Made by a program: the position numbers and the translations under genes
The notes under the pieces: model-generated
The model's input: only the letters and a program-made list of their open reading frames with translations
What the model was told of the DNA's origin: nothing
Databases searched by the model: none
In this document: positions 37,118-47,202 of the stretch, one piece after another
How positions within the stretch are numbered: position 1 is the first letter of the stretch
How the letters are laid out: each line of letters begins with the position of its first letter
Origin: a bacterium BMS3Bbin03
GTDB lineage: Bacteria; Zhuqueibacterota; JdFR-76; BMS3Abin05
NCBI GenBank assembly: GCA_002898015.1
Contig: BDTM01000128.1
Location: 138,418 to 202,417, forward strand
DNA: 64,000 bases
Direction: 5' to 3'

Positions 37118-38881
37118 ATGCCCTATCAAGTTCTTGCGCTTAAATGGCGTCCGGCATTGTTTGAACAGGTGGTGGCACAAGAACATGTCACCCGCACCCT
37201 CCAGAATGCGATTTCGAGCGGCCGGATCGCCAATGCTTATCTGTTTTCCGGACCTCGCGGCGTTGGTAAGACGACCACGGCGCGAATTTTTGCCAAAGCC
37301 CTGAATTGTCAGGAAGGCCCGTCCCCGACCCCCTGCGACAAATGCACCAACTGTCTGGAAATTGCCGCCGGCAGAAGCATGGACGTGATCGAGATCGACG
37401 GAGCATCCAATCGCGGCATCGATGAAATTCGCAATCTTCGGGAAAATATCCGGTACGCACCCACCAACAGCCGTTATAAAATTTACATTGTCGATGAAGT
37501 CCACATGCTCACGACCGAAGCGTTTAATGCACTGCTCAAGACACTGGAAGAACCGCCGCCGCACGTGGTTTTTATCTTTGCCACAACCGAACCCCATAAA
37601 GTGCCGGCGACTATTTTATCCCGCTGCCAGCGTTTCGATTTTAAGCGGATGCCCCTGCAAGTCATCATCGAACAGTTAAAGCTCATTTGCGAAGATGAAA
37701 AAATAGAAATCGACGATGAATCTCTTCTTATCATCGCCAAAAAAGCCGACGGCAGCATGCGGGATGCGCAAAGCATTCTGGACCAAATTATATCCTTTGC
37801 CGGAAATAAAGTGGTTGTGGACGATGTGCTTCAGGCGCTGGGGGTGATTCATCAGGATTTGTATTTTGAATTTACAGACATTTTGAAATCCCGGAGTGTT
37901 GAAAAAGCCCTTGATTTTATTGAACGCTTCATTTCACAGGGCTATGATATCGCAGGATTATTAATCGGACTTGCGGAACATTTCCGGAACAAATTGTTCG
38001 TGCTGGCCACGGATTCCGTCAAACTTCTGGAAGTCTCGGAATCCGGTAAAAAGCGCTATCTGGAGGAGAAGGGGGATTTTTCCGAACAAGACCTGTTGCG
38101 TTTTATTCAGATCATTTCCGAAACAGAGGTTGCCATAAAACGAAGCCCAAATCCGCGTCTGAAACTGGAAATAATGGCCGTAAAACTGATTAAAATGGAG
38201 CGGTCTGTCACAATAGGCGATCTTGTGGACAGGCTTGCGAAACTGAATTCCGGCAAAACAGGGGCAGCTTTTGAACCCAGGCCGTCTAAACCGGCTCCGG
38301 CGGATTTGTTCAATCATACGAAGTCTCAAACACAGACGAAAACGCCACCGCCCGCGCAGGCAGAAAGAAGCATGAGTCCGGCACCTTCGGCACAGCCTCA
38401 GGAATCCGTTAAAAAAGAGACAAACGAAGAGGCCGGAGAGGACGGTGATGAACCCTCGTCTTCTTTTGTGAACGAATCTCAGGCGAATTATGAGGCCAAA
38501 CCGGTCATTACGCTTGCGGAAATTCAAGATAGATGGGACGAGGTTTTGGCGGCGATTAAACGAAAAAAAATGACCCTCGGCTTTTTTCTGCAAGAAGGGT
38601 TTCCGTCCGGTCTTCACGGGAATGTTCTGGAAATTGTATTTGATGCCTCGAATGGATTTCATTTAAAGTCTGTTCAGAAAGAACAGAAAATCATTCAACA
38701 GGTTCTGGAAAATCTGCTGGGATTATCTTTATCTTTAAAATTTTCTAAGGGAAATCTCAAAAAAAACGAAGACAAAAAAAATTCTAATGGGGAACACTCC
38801 GGAATAACAGACATTAAAAGAAATGGATTGGATCCGCGTGTTCAGAAAATATTAAAAATGTTCGATGGTGAATTGTTGTAA
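37118..38881 (+). CDS. dnaX: DNA polymerase III subunits gamma/tau
   Basis: N-terminal AAA+ clamp-loader (Walker A GPRGVGKTTTARIFAKALNC), Zn module CDKCTNC, and SRC motif ILSRCQRFDF. The C-terminus is variable with a Lys/Asn-rich tail. Confidence 0.9.
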   Translation: MPYQVLALKWRPALFEQVVAQEHVTRTLQNAISSGRIANAYLFSGPRGVGKTTTARIFAKALNCQEGPSPTPCDKCTNCLEIAAGRSMDVIEIDGASNRGIDEIRNLRENIRYAPTNSRYKIYIVDEVHMLTTEAFNALLKTLEEPPPHVVFIFATTEPHKVPATILSRCQRFDFKRMPLQVIIEQLKLICEDEKIEIDDESLLIIAKKADGSMRDAQSILDQIISFAGNKVVVDDVLQALGVIHQDLYFEFTDILKSRSVEKALDFIERFISQGYDIAGLLIGLAEHFRNKLFVLATDSVKLLEVSESGKKRYLEEKGDFSEQDLLRFIQIISETEVAIKRSPNPRLKLEIMAVKLIKMERSVTIGDLVDRLAKLNSGKTGAAFEPRPSKPAPADLFNHTKSQTQTKTPPPAQAERSMSPAPSAQPQESVKKETNEEAGEDGDEPSSSFVNESQANYEAKPVITLAEIQDRWDEVLAAIKRKKMTLGFFLQEGFPSGLHGNVLEIVFDASNGFHLKSVQKEQKIIQQVLENLLGLSLSLKFSKGNLKKNEDKKNSNGEHSGITDIKRNGLDPRVQKILKMFDGELL

Positions 38882-38898
38882 ATTGGAGGATGATCTTT

Positions 38899-39237
38899 AT
38901 GGCTAAGCCGAATTTATCGGGACTTTTGGGTCAGGTACAAAAAATGCAGGAGCAGTTAAAAAAAGCCCAGGAAGAGTTGGAAGCGATAGATGTGGAGGGC
39001 AGTTCCGGGGGAGGAATGGTGACGGTTTTCGCGACTGCCAATCGAGAAATTAAACGCATTCAGATTGACCCTGAAGTGGTTGACCCTGAAGAGGTGGAAA
39101 TGCTGGAGGATTTGATTGTAGCGGCTGTAAACCAGGCGCTGGAAAAGGCAGAACAGGCTGCAAACGAACACCTAAATCAGACAACGGGCGGAATGCTGTC
39201 GAATTTACCCGGGGGCTTTAAGATTCCCGGACTTTGA
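38899..39237 (+). CDS. ybaB: Nucleoid-associated protein YbaB/EbfC
   Basis: MAKPNLSGLLGQVQKMQEQLKKAQEELEAI...GGGMVTV...RIQIDPEVVDPEEVEMLEDLIVAAVNQALEKA is the YbaB family pattern. GGAGG RBS 10 nt upstream of ATG 38899. Confidence 0.85.
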   Translation: MAKPNLSGLLGQVQKMQEQLKKAQEELEAIDVEGSSGGGMVTVFATANREIKRIQIDPEVVDPEEVEMLEDLIVAAVNQALEKAEQAANEHLNQTTGGMLSNLPGGFKIPGL

Positions 39238-39243
39238 GAAAAC

Positions 39244-39843
39244 ATGCGATTTTATTCATCAGGATCTCTGGAAAAACTCATCAGTGAGTTTTCCAAATTA
39301 CCCGGAATTGGCAGAAAATCGGCTCAGCGCCTGGCCTTCTATTTGTTGAAGCAATCGAAGGAAGACGTTGAAACGCTTGCACAGGCGCTAATCGATGTGA
39401 AAGAAAAGACGCATTATTGCTCCGTGTGCTTTAACCTCACGGAGATCGATCCCTGTCCGATTTGCCGCGACGTGACGCGGGATCACTCCACCATTTGTGT
39501 GATGGAGGAACCGAACGAAATTTTGGCCATTGAAAAAACGGGAATGTACCATGGAGTTTACCATGTGCTGGGGGGCGTGCTGTCACCTCTGGATGGCGTG
39601 GGCCCCGATAATTTAAGGATTAAAGAACTCCTTTCACGGTTGACGGCAGAGGTTCAAGAAATCATCCTGGCGACAAATCCGGACGTTGAGGGAGAGGCGA
39701 CTGCTCTTTATCTGCAGCAACTTATCAAGCCGCTGGGGAAAAAAATCACGCGTCTGGCGCGCGGCATTCCGGCGGGCGGTGATCTTGAGTTTGTGGATGA
39801 ATTAACGCTTTCGCGTGCCCTTGAAGGACGCAATGTGTTGTAG
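39244..39843 (+). CDS. recR: Recombination protein RecR
   Basis: HhH ([17 protein letters not shown]), C4 zinc finger ([16 protein letters not shown]), and a Toprim domain. The dnaX-ybaB-recR synteny is present. Confidence 0.9.
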   Translation: MRFYSSGSLEKLISEFSKLPGIGRKSAQRLAFYLLKQSKEDVETLAQALIDVKEKTHYCSVCFNLTEIDPCPICRDVTRDHSTICVMEEPNEILAIEKTGMYHGVYHVLGGVLSPLDGVGPDNLRIKELLSRLTAEVQEIILATNPDVEGEATALYLQQLIKPLGKKITRLARGIPAGGDLEFVDELTLSRALEGRNVL

Positions 39844-39869
39844 GTTTAGAAGAAAATGAAGGTTCACAG

Positions 39870-40496
39870 GTGAAACCAACACCGAATCAATTATCCATAT
39901 TTCGAATTGTCTTAACGCCATTTTTTGTGTGGACCTTTTTGTTAAATGATTCGATCTGGAAAATAGTCGCCCTCGCTATTTTTACGGTCGCTTCTATTAC
40001 CGATTGGTACGACGGCCGTTTGGCTCGAAAATTCGGACTGGTCAGTGTTTGGGGGCGATTCCTGGATCCCCTTGCCGATAAAATTCTGGTGCTCACAGTG
40101 TTTATGGTGTTTGCCATTGTCAAAGAAGTGCTGCTCTGGATGGTTTTGGTCATTGTCATTCGTGATGTGATTGTCACCGGTCTTCGCATTTATGCCATGT
40201 ACAAAAAGCACCCGATTAGTACATCTTACCTTGCAAAGGCAAAAACAACCAGCCAGCTTATTGTCATTTTTATCTTGTTGATTTATTCCGTTTTAAAAAT
40301 TTACGCTTCTCAGGGAATCCTTTGGGCCGCAGACGTTGTTCGGTTTTTTGCGGCGTACGAAATAATCAACATTTTAATGTGGATTGTGGTGCTTCTGACG
40401 GTTTTTACCGGAATTCAATATTTGGTCGAAAATAAAGTACATGTAAAATCTCTCTTTTGGGATATTTTTCACGTCTTTTACACTTCGGATGTCTGA
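39870..40496 (+). CDS. pgsA: CDP-diacylglycerol--glycerol-3-phosphate 3-phosphatidyltransferase
   Basis: GTG start. CDP-alcohol phosphatidyltransferase motif DWYDGRLARKFGLVSVWGRFLDPLADKILV, with multiple TM segments. Confidence 0.8.
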   Translation: MKPTPNQLSIFRIVLTPFFVWTFLLNDSIWKIVALAIFTVASITDWYDGRLARKFGLVSVWGRFLDPLADKILVLTVFMVFAIVKEVLLWMVLVIVIRDVIVTGLRIYAMYKKHPISTSYLAKAKTTSQLIVIFILLIYSVLKIYASQGILWAADVVRFFAAYEIINILMWIVVLLTVFTGIQYLVENKVHVKSLFWDIFHVFYTSDV

Positions 40497-40946
40497 ATGA
40501 AAATATTTCTCGCACGTTTTTTGTCCACGACGGCATTTACCGGTCTGTTTCCCATTGCGCCCGGTACGGTCGGCAGTCTGGTCACAATCGTCATCTTATG
40601 GTTTTTACCGGCCCTTTCAACTGCCTGGCTTCTGGGCATTTCCGTGGTTTTATTTTTCACAGGTATCTGGAGTGCAGGGGTTACGGAAAAAGCGATGGGG
40701 GTTGAAGATCCCGGCTCGGTGAACCTCGATGAAGACCTCGGGATGGTCGTTTCAATTATTGCCCTGCCCAAAACATTGATATGGTGGGGTGTTGCATTTC
40801 TTATTTTTCGATTTTTGGATATTCTGAAGCCGTGGCCGGCGAAGCAGTCCCAGGCCGTTGGCGGCGGACTCGGCATTATGATTGATGATGTGATTGTAGC
40901 CATTTACACAAATCTTCTGTTACAAGCGGTTCGATTCATTTTCTGA
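40497..40946 (+). CDS. pgpA: Phosphatidylglycerophosphatase A
   Basis: MKIFLARFLSTTAFTGLFPIAPGTVGSLV and ILKPWPAKQSQAVGGGLGIMIDD match the PgpA family. It follows pgsA. Confidence 0.75.
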   Translation: MKIFLARFLSTTAFTGLFPIAPGTVGSLVTIVILWFLPALSTAWLLGISVVLFFTGIWSAGVTEKAMGVEDPGSVNLDEDLGMVVSIIALPKTLIWWGVAFLIFRFLDILKPWPAKQSQAVGGGLGIMIDDVIVAIYTNLLLQAVRFIF

Positions 40947-42193
40947 TGAAGGCGGAAATCTTAAACATTGGCGATGAAATTCTTCTCGGCCAGATTGCAA
41001 ACACGAATGCGATGTTCATCAGCCGGAGTCTGGTGAAAGCGGGCGTGGTGCTCCGATGGATCACCGTTGTCGGGGACTCAAAAGAAGAAATTCTTCAAAG
41101 TTTGAAAACGGCGTTCCGGCGGGCCGATGTGGTCATTATAACGGGAGGGCTCGGCCCCACTCACGATGATGTGACCAAATATGCGGTGTCTGAGTATTTT
41201 GGTTCCCCGATTGTCTTTAATCCGGAGCTTTACGGGAAGCTGATCAAACGCTTTGAAGAAAGAGGACTGAAAATGCCGGAGGTGAGCCGCAATCAAGCGG
41301 AAGTGCCGGCAAAAGCACGAATCCTTCCGAATCCACTCGGTACGGCTCCCGGACTTCATTTTGAAGAATCGGGCAAACACTGCTTTGTGCTTCCGGGCGT
41401 CCCGGCCGAAATGAGGCGAATCGTTGAGGACTCCATCGTCCCGTTTTTCTTAAAACACACCGGGGGTGCCCGGAGTTGTCTTCGCTACAAGACGCTCCGA
41501 ACCACAGGTATTTTTGAATCCCGATTAATGGAAATGCTGGGCGATGTCAGAGAAATCGAACAATTTGCAAAATTAGCATTTCTTCCGCACACCGCCGGCG
41601 TAGACCTGAGATTGACGGTTATGAGCCGCTCGCATGAAGATTGCCGGCAAAGGCTTGAACGGGCGGAGGCGCTCGTCCGAAATAAAGTGAATCGCTACAT
41701 TTTCGGCGAAGACGATGACACGCTCGAAGAACGGGTGGCGGCGCTTTTGTTCAAACAAAAAAGAACGATTGCCGCGGCCGAATCCTGCACGGGCGGTTTG
41801 TTGTCCCACAAACTCACAAATGTCCCCGGCAGTTCGAATTACTTTTTGGGGAGTGTGATTGCCTACAGCAATGAAGTGAAAATGAATGTGTTGGGAGTAT
41901 CTTCGCAGACACTCGAACAATTTGGAGCCGTTAGCGAAAGCACGGCGAAGGAAATGGCGGAAGGCGTGCGAAACCGGCTTGGAGCGGATTTTGGTCTTTC
42001 CACCACCGGGATTGCCGGTCCCGGAGGGGGGACGCCGGAGAAACCGGTTGGATTGGTTTACATCGGATTTTCCGACGGCACGGCAATCGCCGCAAAGAAA
42101 TTCATTTTCACGAACGATCGTCTGGCCAACAAAGAACGATCTTCCGCTGCGGCGCTGGATTATCTGCGCCGTCATCTTTTAAAAATTATTTGA
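40946..42193 (+). CDS. cinA: Competence/damage-inducible protein CinA (MoCF-binding + PncC deamidase domains)
   Basis: MKAEILNIGDEILLGQIANTNAMFISRSL (CinA N-terminus) and a C-terminal CinA_C (AAAESCTGGLLSHKLTNVPGSS). The pgsA-cinA-...-recA order matches Bacillus. Confidence 0.85.
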   Translation: MKAEILNIGDEILLGQIANTNAMFISRSLVKAGVVLRWITVVGDSKEEILQSLKTAFRRADVVIITGGLGPTHDDVTKYAVSEYFGSPIVFNPELYGKLIKRFEERGLKMPEVSRNQAEVPAKARILPNPLGTAPGLHFEESGKHCFVLPGVPAEMRRIVEDSIVPFFLKHTGGARSCLRYKTLRTTGIFESRLMEMLGDVREIEQFAKLAFLPHTAGVDLRLTVMSRSHEDCRQRLERAEALVRNKVNRYIFGEDDDTLEERVAALLFKQKRTIAAAESCTGGLLSHKLTNVPGSSNYFLGSVIAYSNEVKMNVLGVSSQTLEQFGAVSESTAKEMAEGVRNRLGADFGLSTTGIAGPGGGTPEKPVGLVYIGFSDGTAIAAKKFIFTNDRLANKERSSAAALDYLRRHLLKII

Positions 42194-42223
42194 TAATTTT
42201 AAATAAATTCTTTAAATTGTAAA

Positions 42224-42787
42224 ATGATTCGCTCATTTATTGCTATCGAAATTCCGAAAGTTATCCGGGATAAAATTGCAGACTTGCAGTACGAATTGCG
42301 CCGGATTCCCGCACAAGTGAGCTGGGTGAAGCCGAAAAACATCCATGTGACGTTGAAATTTCTGGGTGAAATTCAGGAATCACTGGTGCCTCGAATCGAG
42401 GAGATGTTGCAGGAAATTTCGGCGAAGACGGTTCCGTTTGAAATTATGATTGAAGAGACGGGGTTTTTTCCAAATGCCCGGAGGCCGCGGGTGCTCTGGG
42501 TAGGGGTTCACGAAGAAGATCGGCATCTGAGTCGTTTTTTTGCTGAAATCGAAAGGGGCCTTCTTCCGTTGGGATTTGCGAATGAAAAAAGAGGATTTAA
42601 GCCTCATTTAACCATTGGACGAGTGAGGCACCCCGGAGGCATCGAAGAAATCATTTCCAAGATGCAGGAAGGTTCGTTTCAGGCGCAATCCTTTTTGGCG
42701 CAGGAAGTTGTGTTTGTGAAAAGTACGCTCAAACCGACCGGTGCGGAGCACGAACCATTGGGAAAGTTTCGCTTTAAGACGGATTAA
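42224..42787 (+). CDS. thpR: RNA 2',3'-cyclic phosphodiesterase ThpR (2'-5' RNA ligase LigT family, 2H phosphoesterase)
   Basis: Two H-x-T/S-x motifs (HVTLKFLG and HLTIGRV) at the 2H-family spacing, and the N-terminal IRSFIAIEIP. Confidence 0.75.
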   Translation: MIRSFIAIEIPKVIRDKIADLQYELRRIPAQVSWVKPKNIHVTLKFLGEIQESLVPRIEEMLQEISAKTVPFEIMIEETGFFPNARRPRVLWVGVHEEDRHLSRFFAEIERGLLPLGFANEKRGFKPHLTIGRVRHPGGIEEIISKMQEGSFQAQSFLAQEVVFVKSTLKPTGAEHEPLGKFRFKTD

Positions 42788-42817
42788 AAAGTTTAAAATA
42801 AACATGGAAGGAAGACC

Positions 42818-43858
42818 ATGGCTGATGAGAAGACCGAAAAATTAAAGGCATTGGATTTGGCAATTGCCCAGATTGATCGGCAATTTGGAAAAGGCTCCAT
42901 CATGCGGCTGGGTGCCGGCAGTGTCATTCCAAATCTTGAAATCATTTCGACAGGGTCGATTGCGTTGGATGCGGCGCTGGGTGTGGGCGGAGTCCCCCGC
43001 GGCAGAATCATAGAAATTTACGGTCCGGAATCTTCGGGCAAAACAACCCTTTCCCTGCAAATTGTGGCAGAAGCTCAAAAAAATGGAGGCCTTGCCGCAT
43101 TCATCGACGCCGAGCACGCGCTCGATGTAAAATATGCCAACAATCTGGGGGTTGACACGGACAATTTGCTCATTTCTCAGCCGGACACGGGGGAACAGGC
43201 GCTCGAAATCACAGAAACGCTCGTCCGAAGCGGTGCGCTCGATGTGGTTGTGATTGACTCTGTTGCCGCGCTGGTGCCGCGCGCCGAAATCGAAGGCGAG
43301 ATGGGGGATGCGCAAATGGGACTTCAGGCCCGGTTGATGTCCCAGGCGATGCGCAAACTCTCCGGTACCATTTCCAAGACAAAGACCACCGTGATTTTTA
43401 TCAACCAGATTCGTGAGAAAATAGGGGTCGTGTTTGGAAACCCGGAAACCACGACCGGGGGCCGGGCGCTGAAATTTTACGCCACGATCCGGATGGATAT
43501 CCGGAGGATTGCCTCTTTAAAAAGCGGAGACACCATTGTCGGAAACCGCACACGGGTCAAAGTGGTGAAAAACAAAGTGGCACCCCCCTTCAGAGACGCT
43601 GAATTTGATATCATGTACGGTACCGGAATTTCCCGTGAAGGCGAATTGATCGACCTGGCAGTGGAAAATAAAATTATTCAAAAGAGCGGTGCCTGGTATT
43701 CGTACGGTGAGGAACGGTTGGGTCAGGGCCGTGAAAACGTGAAGGTTTTCATGAACGAAAATCCGGACATTCTTGAAGAAATCGACACCGGCGTGCGCAA
43801 GGCCCTGGGCCTCATTCAGGAACCTGAAGAAGAAAAAGCCGCTGTGGAAAATGAGTGA
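42818..43858 (+). CDS. recA: Recombinase RecA
   Basis: [42 protein letters not shown] (Walker A), and VVIDSVAAL; near-full-length collinearity with RecA. Confidence 0.95.
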   Translation: MADEKTEKLKALDLAIAQIDRQFGKGSIMRLGAGSVIPNLEIISTGSIALDAALGVGGVPRGRIIEIYGPESSGKTTLSLQIVAEAQKNGGLAAFIDAEHALDVKYANNLGVDTDNLLISQPDTGEQALEITETLVRSGALDVVVIDSVAALVPRAEIEGEMGDAQMGLQARLMSQAMRKLSGTISKTKTTVIFINQIREKIGVVFGNPETTTGGRALKFYATIRMDIRRIASLKSGDTIVGNRTRVKVVKNKVAPPFRDAEFDIMYGTGISREGELIDLAVENKIIQKSGAWYSYGEERLGQGRENVKVFMNENPDILEEIDTGVRKALGLIQEPEEEKAAVENE

Positions 43859-43881
43859 GTTAACGTTTAAGGGTCGTTCTG

Positions 43882-44520
43882 TTGTCCGAACGCCCGGCTA
43901 AAATAATCACCAAAATCGAGCCGCAGAAAGGACGCAAAGACCGGGTCTCTATTTTTTTGAATGAGGAATTCGGATTTGGAATTCATCAGAACTTGCTGGT
44001 CGATCTTGACCTGTACCGGGGAAAGGCTTTAACAGATTCCCGGATTGAAGAAATCCGGCAGGCGGAAGAGCGGTACGCCGCCAAGGAACGGGCGTTTCGC
44101 TGGCTGTCCAACCGGAGTCACAGCCGGAAAGAGATCGCTCAAAAATTAAAACGGGCCAAATTCAGTGAAGACACCATTGAGCGGACACTGAACGAGCTGA
44201 ATCGCCTGAAGTTTTTGGACGATGCGGGGTTTGCCCGGCTTTATGCGCATGACCGTCTGTTGAAGAGGCCGATTGGGAAGAAGCTTCTTAAACTGGAACT
44301 TCAGCGGAAGGGAATCGATTCGGAGACGGCTGAAACAGTGGTGGAAGAAGCCTATTCCGAGACGTCTGAAGTAGAAATGGCCGGGATGTTATTGGAGAAA
44401 AAAGCGCCCGCGTACAATCGATTTGATCCCAAAAAAGCCCGGCAAAAAGCCGTGAATTTTCTCATGCAGCGGGGCTTTGACTGGGAGGTTATTTCTGAAG
44501 TGTTGGAAGGGAAGAAATAG
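43882..44520 (+). CDS. recX: Regulatory protein RecX
   Basis: TTG start, 212 aa, three-repeat helical RecX pattern. Immediately downstream of recA. Confidence 0.8.
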   Translation: MSERPAKIITKIEPQKGRKDRVSIFLNEEFGFGIHQNLLVDLDLYRGKALTDSRIEEIRQAEERYAAKERAFRWLSNRSHSRKEIAQKLKRAKFSEDTIERTLNELNRLKFLDDAGFARLYAHDRLLKRPIGKKLLKLELQRKGIDSETAETVVEEAYSETSEVEMAGMLLEKKAPAYNRFDPKKARQKAVNFLMQRGFDWEVISEVLEGKK

Positions 44521-44532
44521 AGTGTTACTTTT

Positions 44533-47175
44533 ATGAATTCCAAAGAAATCCGACAATCGTTTTTGGATTTTTTCCGAAGCAAAGATCATAAAATCGTGCC
44601 GGGGGCGCCCGTGGTGCCGATCGATGATCCGACGCTCCTTTTTATAAATGCCGGCATGAATCAATTTAAAAGGATTTTTTTGGGGCTTGAAAAACCGCGT
44701 TATCTGCGGGTTGCCGATTCTCAAAAATGCATTCGTGTCGGTGGAAAACACAATGATCTTGAGGAAGTCGGAAAGGACACCTACCACCACACCTTTTTTG
44801 AAATGCTCGGCAATTGGTCGTTTGGCGATTACTACAAAAAGGAGGCGATCGAATTTGCCTGGGAGCTTCTGACCGAAGTCTGGGAGCTTCCCAAAGATAA
44901 ACTCTGGGCCACGGTTTACAAAGAGGATGACGAAGCGGAGAATCTTTGGAAACAGGTGACCGATGTTCAGCAAGATCATATCCTCCGTTTCGGCAAGAAA
45001 GAGAATTTTTGGGAAATGGGAGAAACCGGGCCGTGCGGTCCATGCTCGGAAATTCATATTGATTTGGGCCTCGGGCATTGCAATAAAAAGCATGTCCCCG
45101 GACATGTGTGCCGGGTCAATGGAGATTGCGCCCGGTACATTGAACTCTGGAATCTGGTGTTCATTCAATATAACCATCAGGAAGACGGGGCATTTGTGGA
45201 ATTGCCGGCCAAACACGTGGACACAGGGATGGGATTTGAGCGGATCGTGGCGGTTCTGGAGGGCGTTCCGTCCAATTACGACACGGATTTATTCCAGCCC
45301 ATTATTCAGGCGATCTCCGAAATTTCCGGTGGTGAGTATCCCGGTTTAGACGGCGGCGTGGCGTATCGCGTGGTGGCGGACCATGTGCGTGCGTTGAGTT
45401 TTGCCATCGCAGACGGCGCCATGCCGTCAAATGAAGGGCGTGGTTATGTGCTAAGGCGAATTCTCCGCCGGGCGGCGCGTTACGGGCGTAAACTAGACAT
45501 CAAAGAGCCGTTTATTTACAAATTGGTTCCGGTTCTGGTCGATGTGATGGGCGATGCCTACCCGGAGCTGAGGGAAAAATACCAATTTATCGCAATGGTC
45601 ATTCAGGCGGAAGAAGAGAGCTTCGGTCACACACTGGATCGCGGCATCGAAATTTTTGAGAAAACCGCGGCCGATTTGAAGCGGAACAAACAGACTGTTT
45701 TTCCCGGTTTTGCGGCGTTTCAACTGTACGACACCTACGGATTTCCGCCCGATTTAACGCAATTAATGGCCGAAGAACAGGGACTGGCTGTGGATTTAAA
45801 AGGTTTCGAAAAGGCCATGAATGCACAGCGAAAGCGGGCAAAAGAGGCGCAGAAGTTTAAATACGAGATTCACAAATTTTTCACGGAAAATGAAGAAGTG
45901 CCGCACTCGGAGTTTGTGGGATACGATAAGCTGAAAGAGACGGTTCGAATCGCTGCTTTTTCCGGAGATGAATTTCTCCTGGATAAAACGCCTTTTTACG
46001 GTGAATCAGGCGGACAAATCGGGGATACCGGTTTCGTGTACGCGCCGGACGGCAGCTTTAAAGTGAAAGTGGTGGATACTCGGAAAAACGGAAACAGGAT
46101 TATTCACATCGGCCGGATTGAGACCGGACGTTTTGAAGCGGCTTTGAATCGGGAATTAATCGCCGAAGTGGATGGTGAACGCCGGAAATCCATTGCCCGA
46201 AACCACACGGCCACCCATTTGCTCCACAAAGCGCTGCGGGCAGTGCTGGGAGAACACGTTCATCAGGCGGGTTCGCTTGTGGCCCCCGACCGGCTGCGTT
46301 TCGATTTGACCCATTTTGAACGCATCACACCGGAGCAACTGGACGAAATTGAACGCAGGGTCAATGAAGCCGTCCGAACCAATTACAGAGTGGAAGTGCT
46401 CACGCTTCCCTACGATGAGGCAAAGAAGCTTGGTGCCACAGCCCTTTTTGGTGAAAAGTACGGCGATGTGGTTCGCATCGTCAAAATTGACGATTACAGC
46501 ATGGAATTTTGCGGCGGCACGCATCTGAATTACACCGGTGAAATCGGCTATTTTCGCATTGTGTCGGAATCCGGCGTGGCCGCCGGTGTGCGGCGTCTCG
46601 AGGCTGTTACCGGCGCGGCCGCCGATGAACTGCTCCGCCGGGAAAAGCATGAAGTGGAGGCTCTGCGACAACTTCTGGGCGTGCCGGAAGAGGATTCGAT
46701 TTCAAAATTAGAGCAATTCATAAAAGAGAAAAAATCTCTTGAAAAAGAACTTTCTTCCCTAAAAATTAAATTGGCAAAGTTTGAATTGGAGGCTCTTGTA
46801 TCCGGAGCCCGGAACCTGGACGGCTTCAAGCTTGTTTCCGGCCAGATTCATATCGGGAGTCCGGATGAATTGAAACAGGTCGGAGATGCGCTCCGGTCGA
46901 AATTAAAATCCGGTGTGGGGGTGCTGGGTTCGGAAATTAAGGGCAAGCCCTTTTTGCTCTGTGTGGTAACAGACGATCTTATTAAAACTAAAAATCTTAA
47001 AGCCGGTGATATTGTGAAACGGCTCGGGAAATTTATCGGCGGCGGCGGTGGCGGCAACCCTGGCATGGCCCAGGCGGGCGGAAAAGACATCAACAACCTT
47101 GGGAAAGCTCTGGAAAAAGCGAAAGATGTGGTGGCTGAGCTTTTAGATAATTTGGTGTCACAAAAAGCTCTATGA
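44533..47175 (+). CDS. alaS: Alanyl-tRNA synthetase
   Basis: 880 aa with N-terminal IRQSFLDFFRSKDHKIVPGAPVVP...FINAGMNQFK, editing-domain HxxxH/CGGTH motifs (TATHLLH, CGGTH), and a C-terminal DHHA1 tail. The recA-recX-alaS order matches E. coli. Confidence 0.95.
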   Translation: MNSKEIRQSFLDFFRSKDHKIVPGAPVVPIDDPTLLFINAGMNQFKRIFLGLEKPRYLRVADSQKCIRVGGKHNDLEEVGKDTYHHTFFEMLGNWSFGDYYKKEAIEFAWELLTEVWELPKDKLWATVYKEDDEAENLWKQVTDVQQDHILRFGKKENFWEMGETGPCGPCSEIHIDLGLGHCNKKHVPGHVCRVNGDCARYIELWNLVFIQYNHQEDGAFVELPAKHVDTGMGFERIVAVLEGVPSNYDTDLFQPIIQAISEISGGEYPGLDGGVAYRVVADHVRALSFAIADGAMPSNEGRGYVLRRILRRAARYGRKLDIKEPFIYKLVPVLVDVMGDAYPELREKYQFIAMVIQAEEESFGHTLDRGIEIFEKTAADLKRNKQTVFPGFAAFQLYDTYGFPPDLTQLMAEEQGLAVDLKGFEKAMNAQRKRAKEAQKFKYEIHKFFTENEEVPHSEFVGYDKLKETVRIAAFSGDEFLLDKTPFYGESGGQIGDTGFVYAPDGSFKVKVVDTRKNGNRIIHIGRIETGRFEAALNRELIAEVDGERRKSIARNHTATHLLHKALRAVLGEHVHQAGSLVAPDRLRFDLTHFERITPEQLDEIERRVNEAVRTNYRVEVLTLPYDEAKKLGATALFGEKYGDVVRIVKIDDYSMEFCGGTHLNYTGEIGYFRIVSESGVAAGVRRLEAVTGAAADELLRREKHEVEALRQLLGVPEEDSISKLEQFIKEKKSLEKELSSLKIKLAKFELEALVSGARNLDGFKLVSGQIHIGSPDELKQVGDALRSKLKSGVGVLGSEIKGKPFLLCVVTDDLIKTKNLKAGDIVKRLGKFIGGGGGGNPGMAQAGGKDINNLGKALEKAKDVVAELLDNLVSQKAL

Positions 47176-47202
47176 ATAAGACCAATTCAAAAGAGGCAGT
47201 GA

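Noticed and set aside
37100-37776. ORFs 37100-37597 (-), 37107-37304 (+), 37188-37460 (-), 37422-37679 (+) and 37483-37776 (-) around the dnaX 5' region.
   Set aside because: They overlap the strongly conserved dnaX AAA+ domain on other frames or strands. They are spurious.
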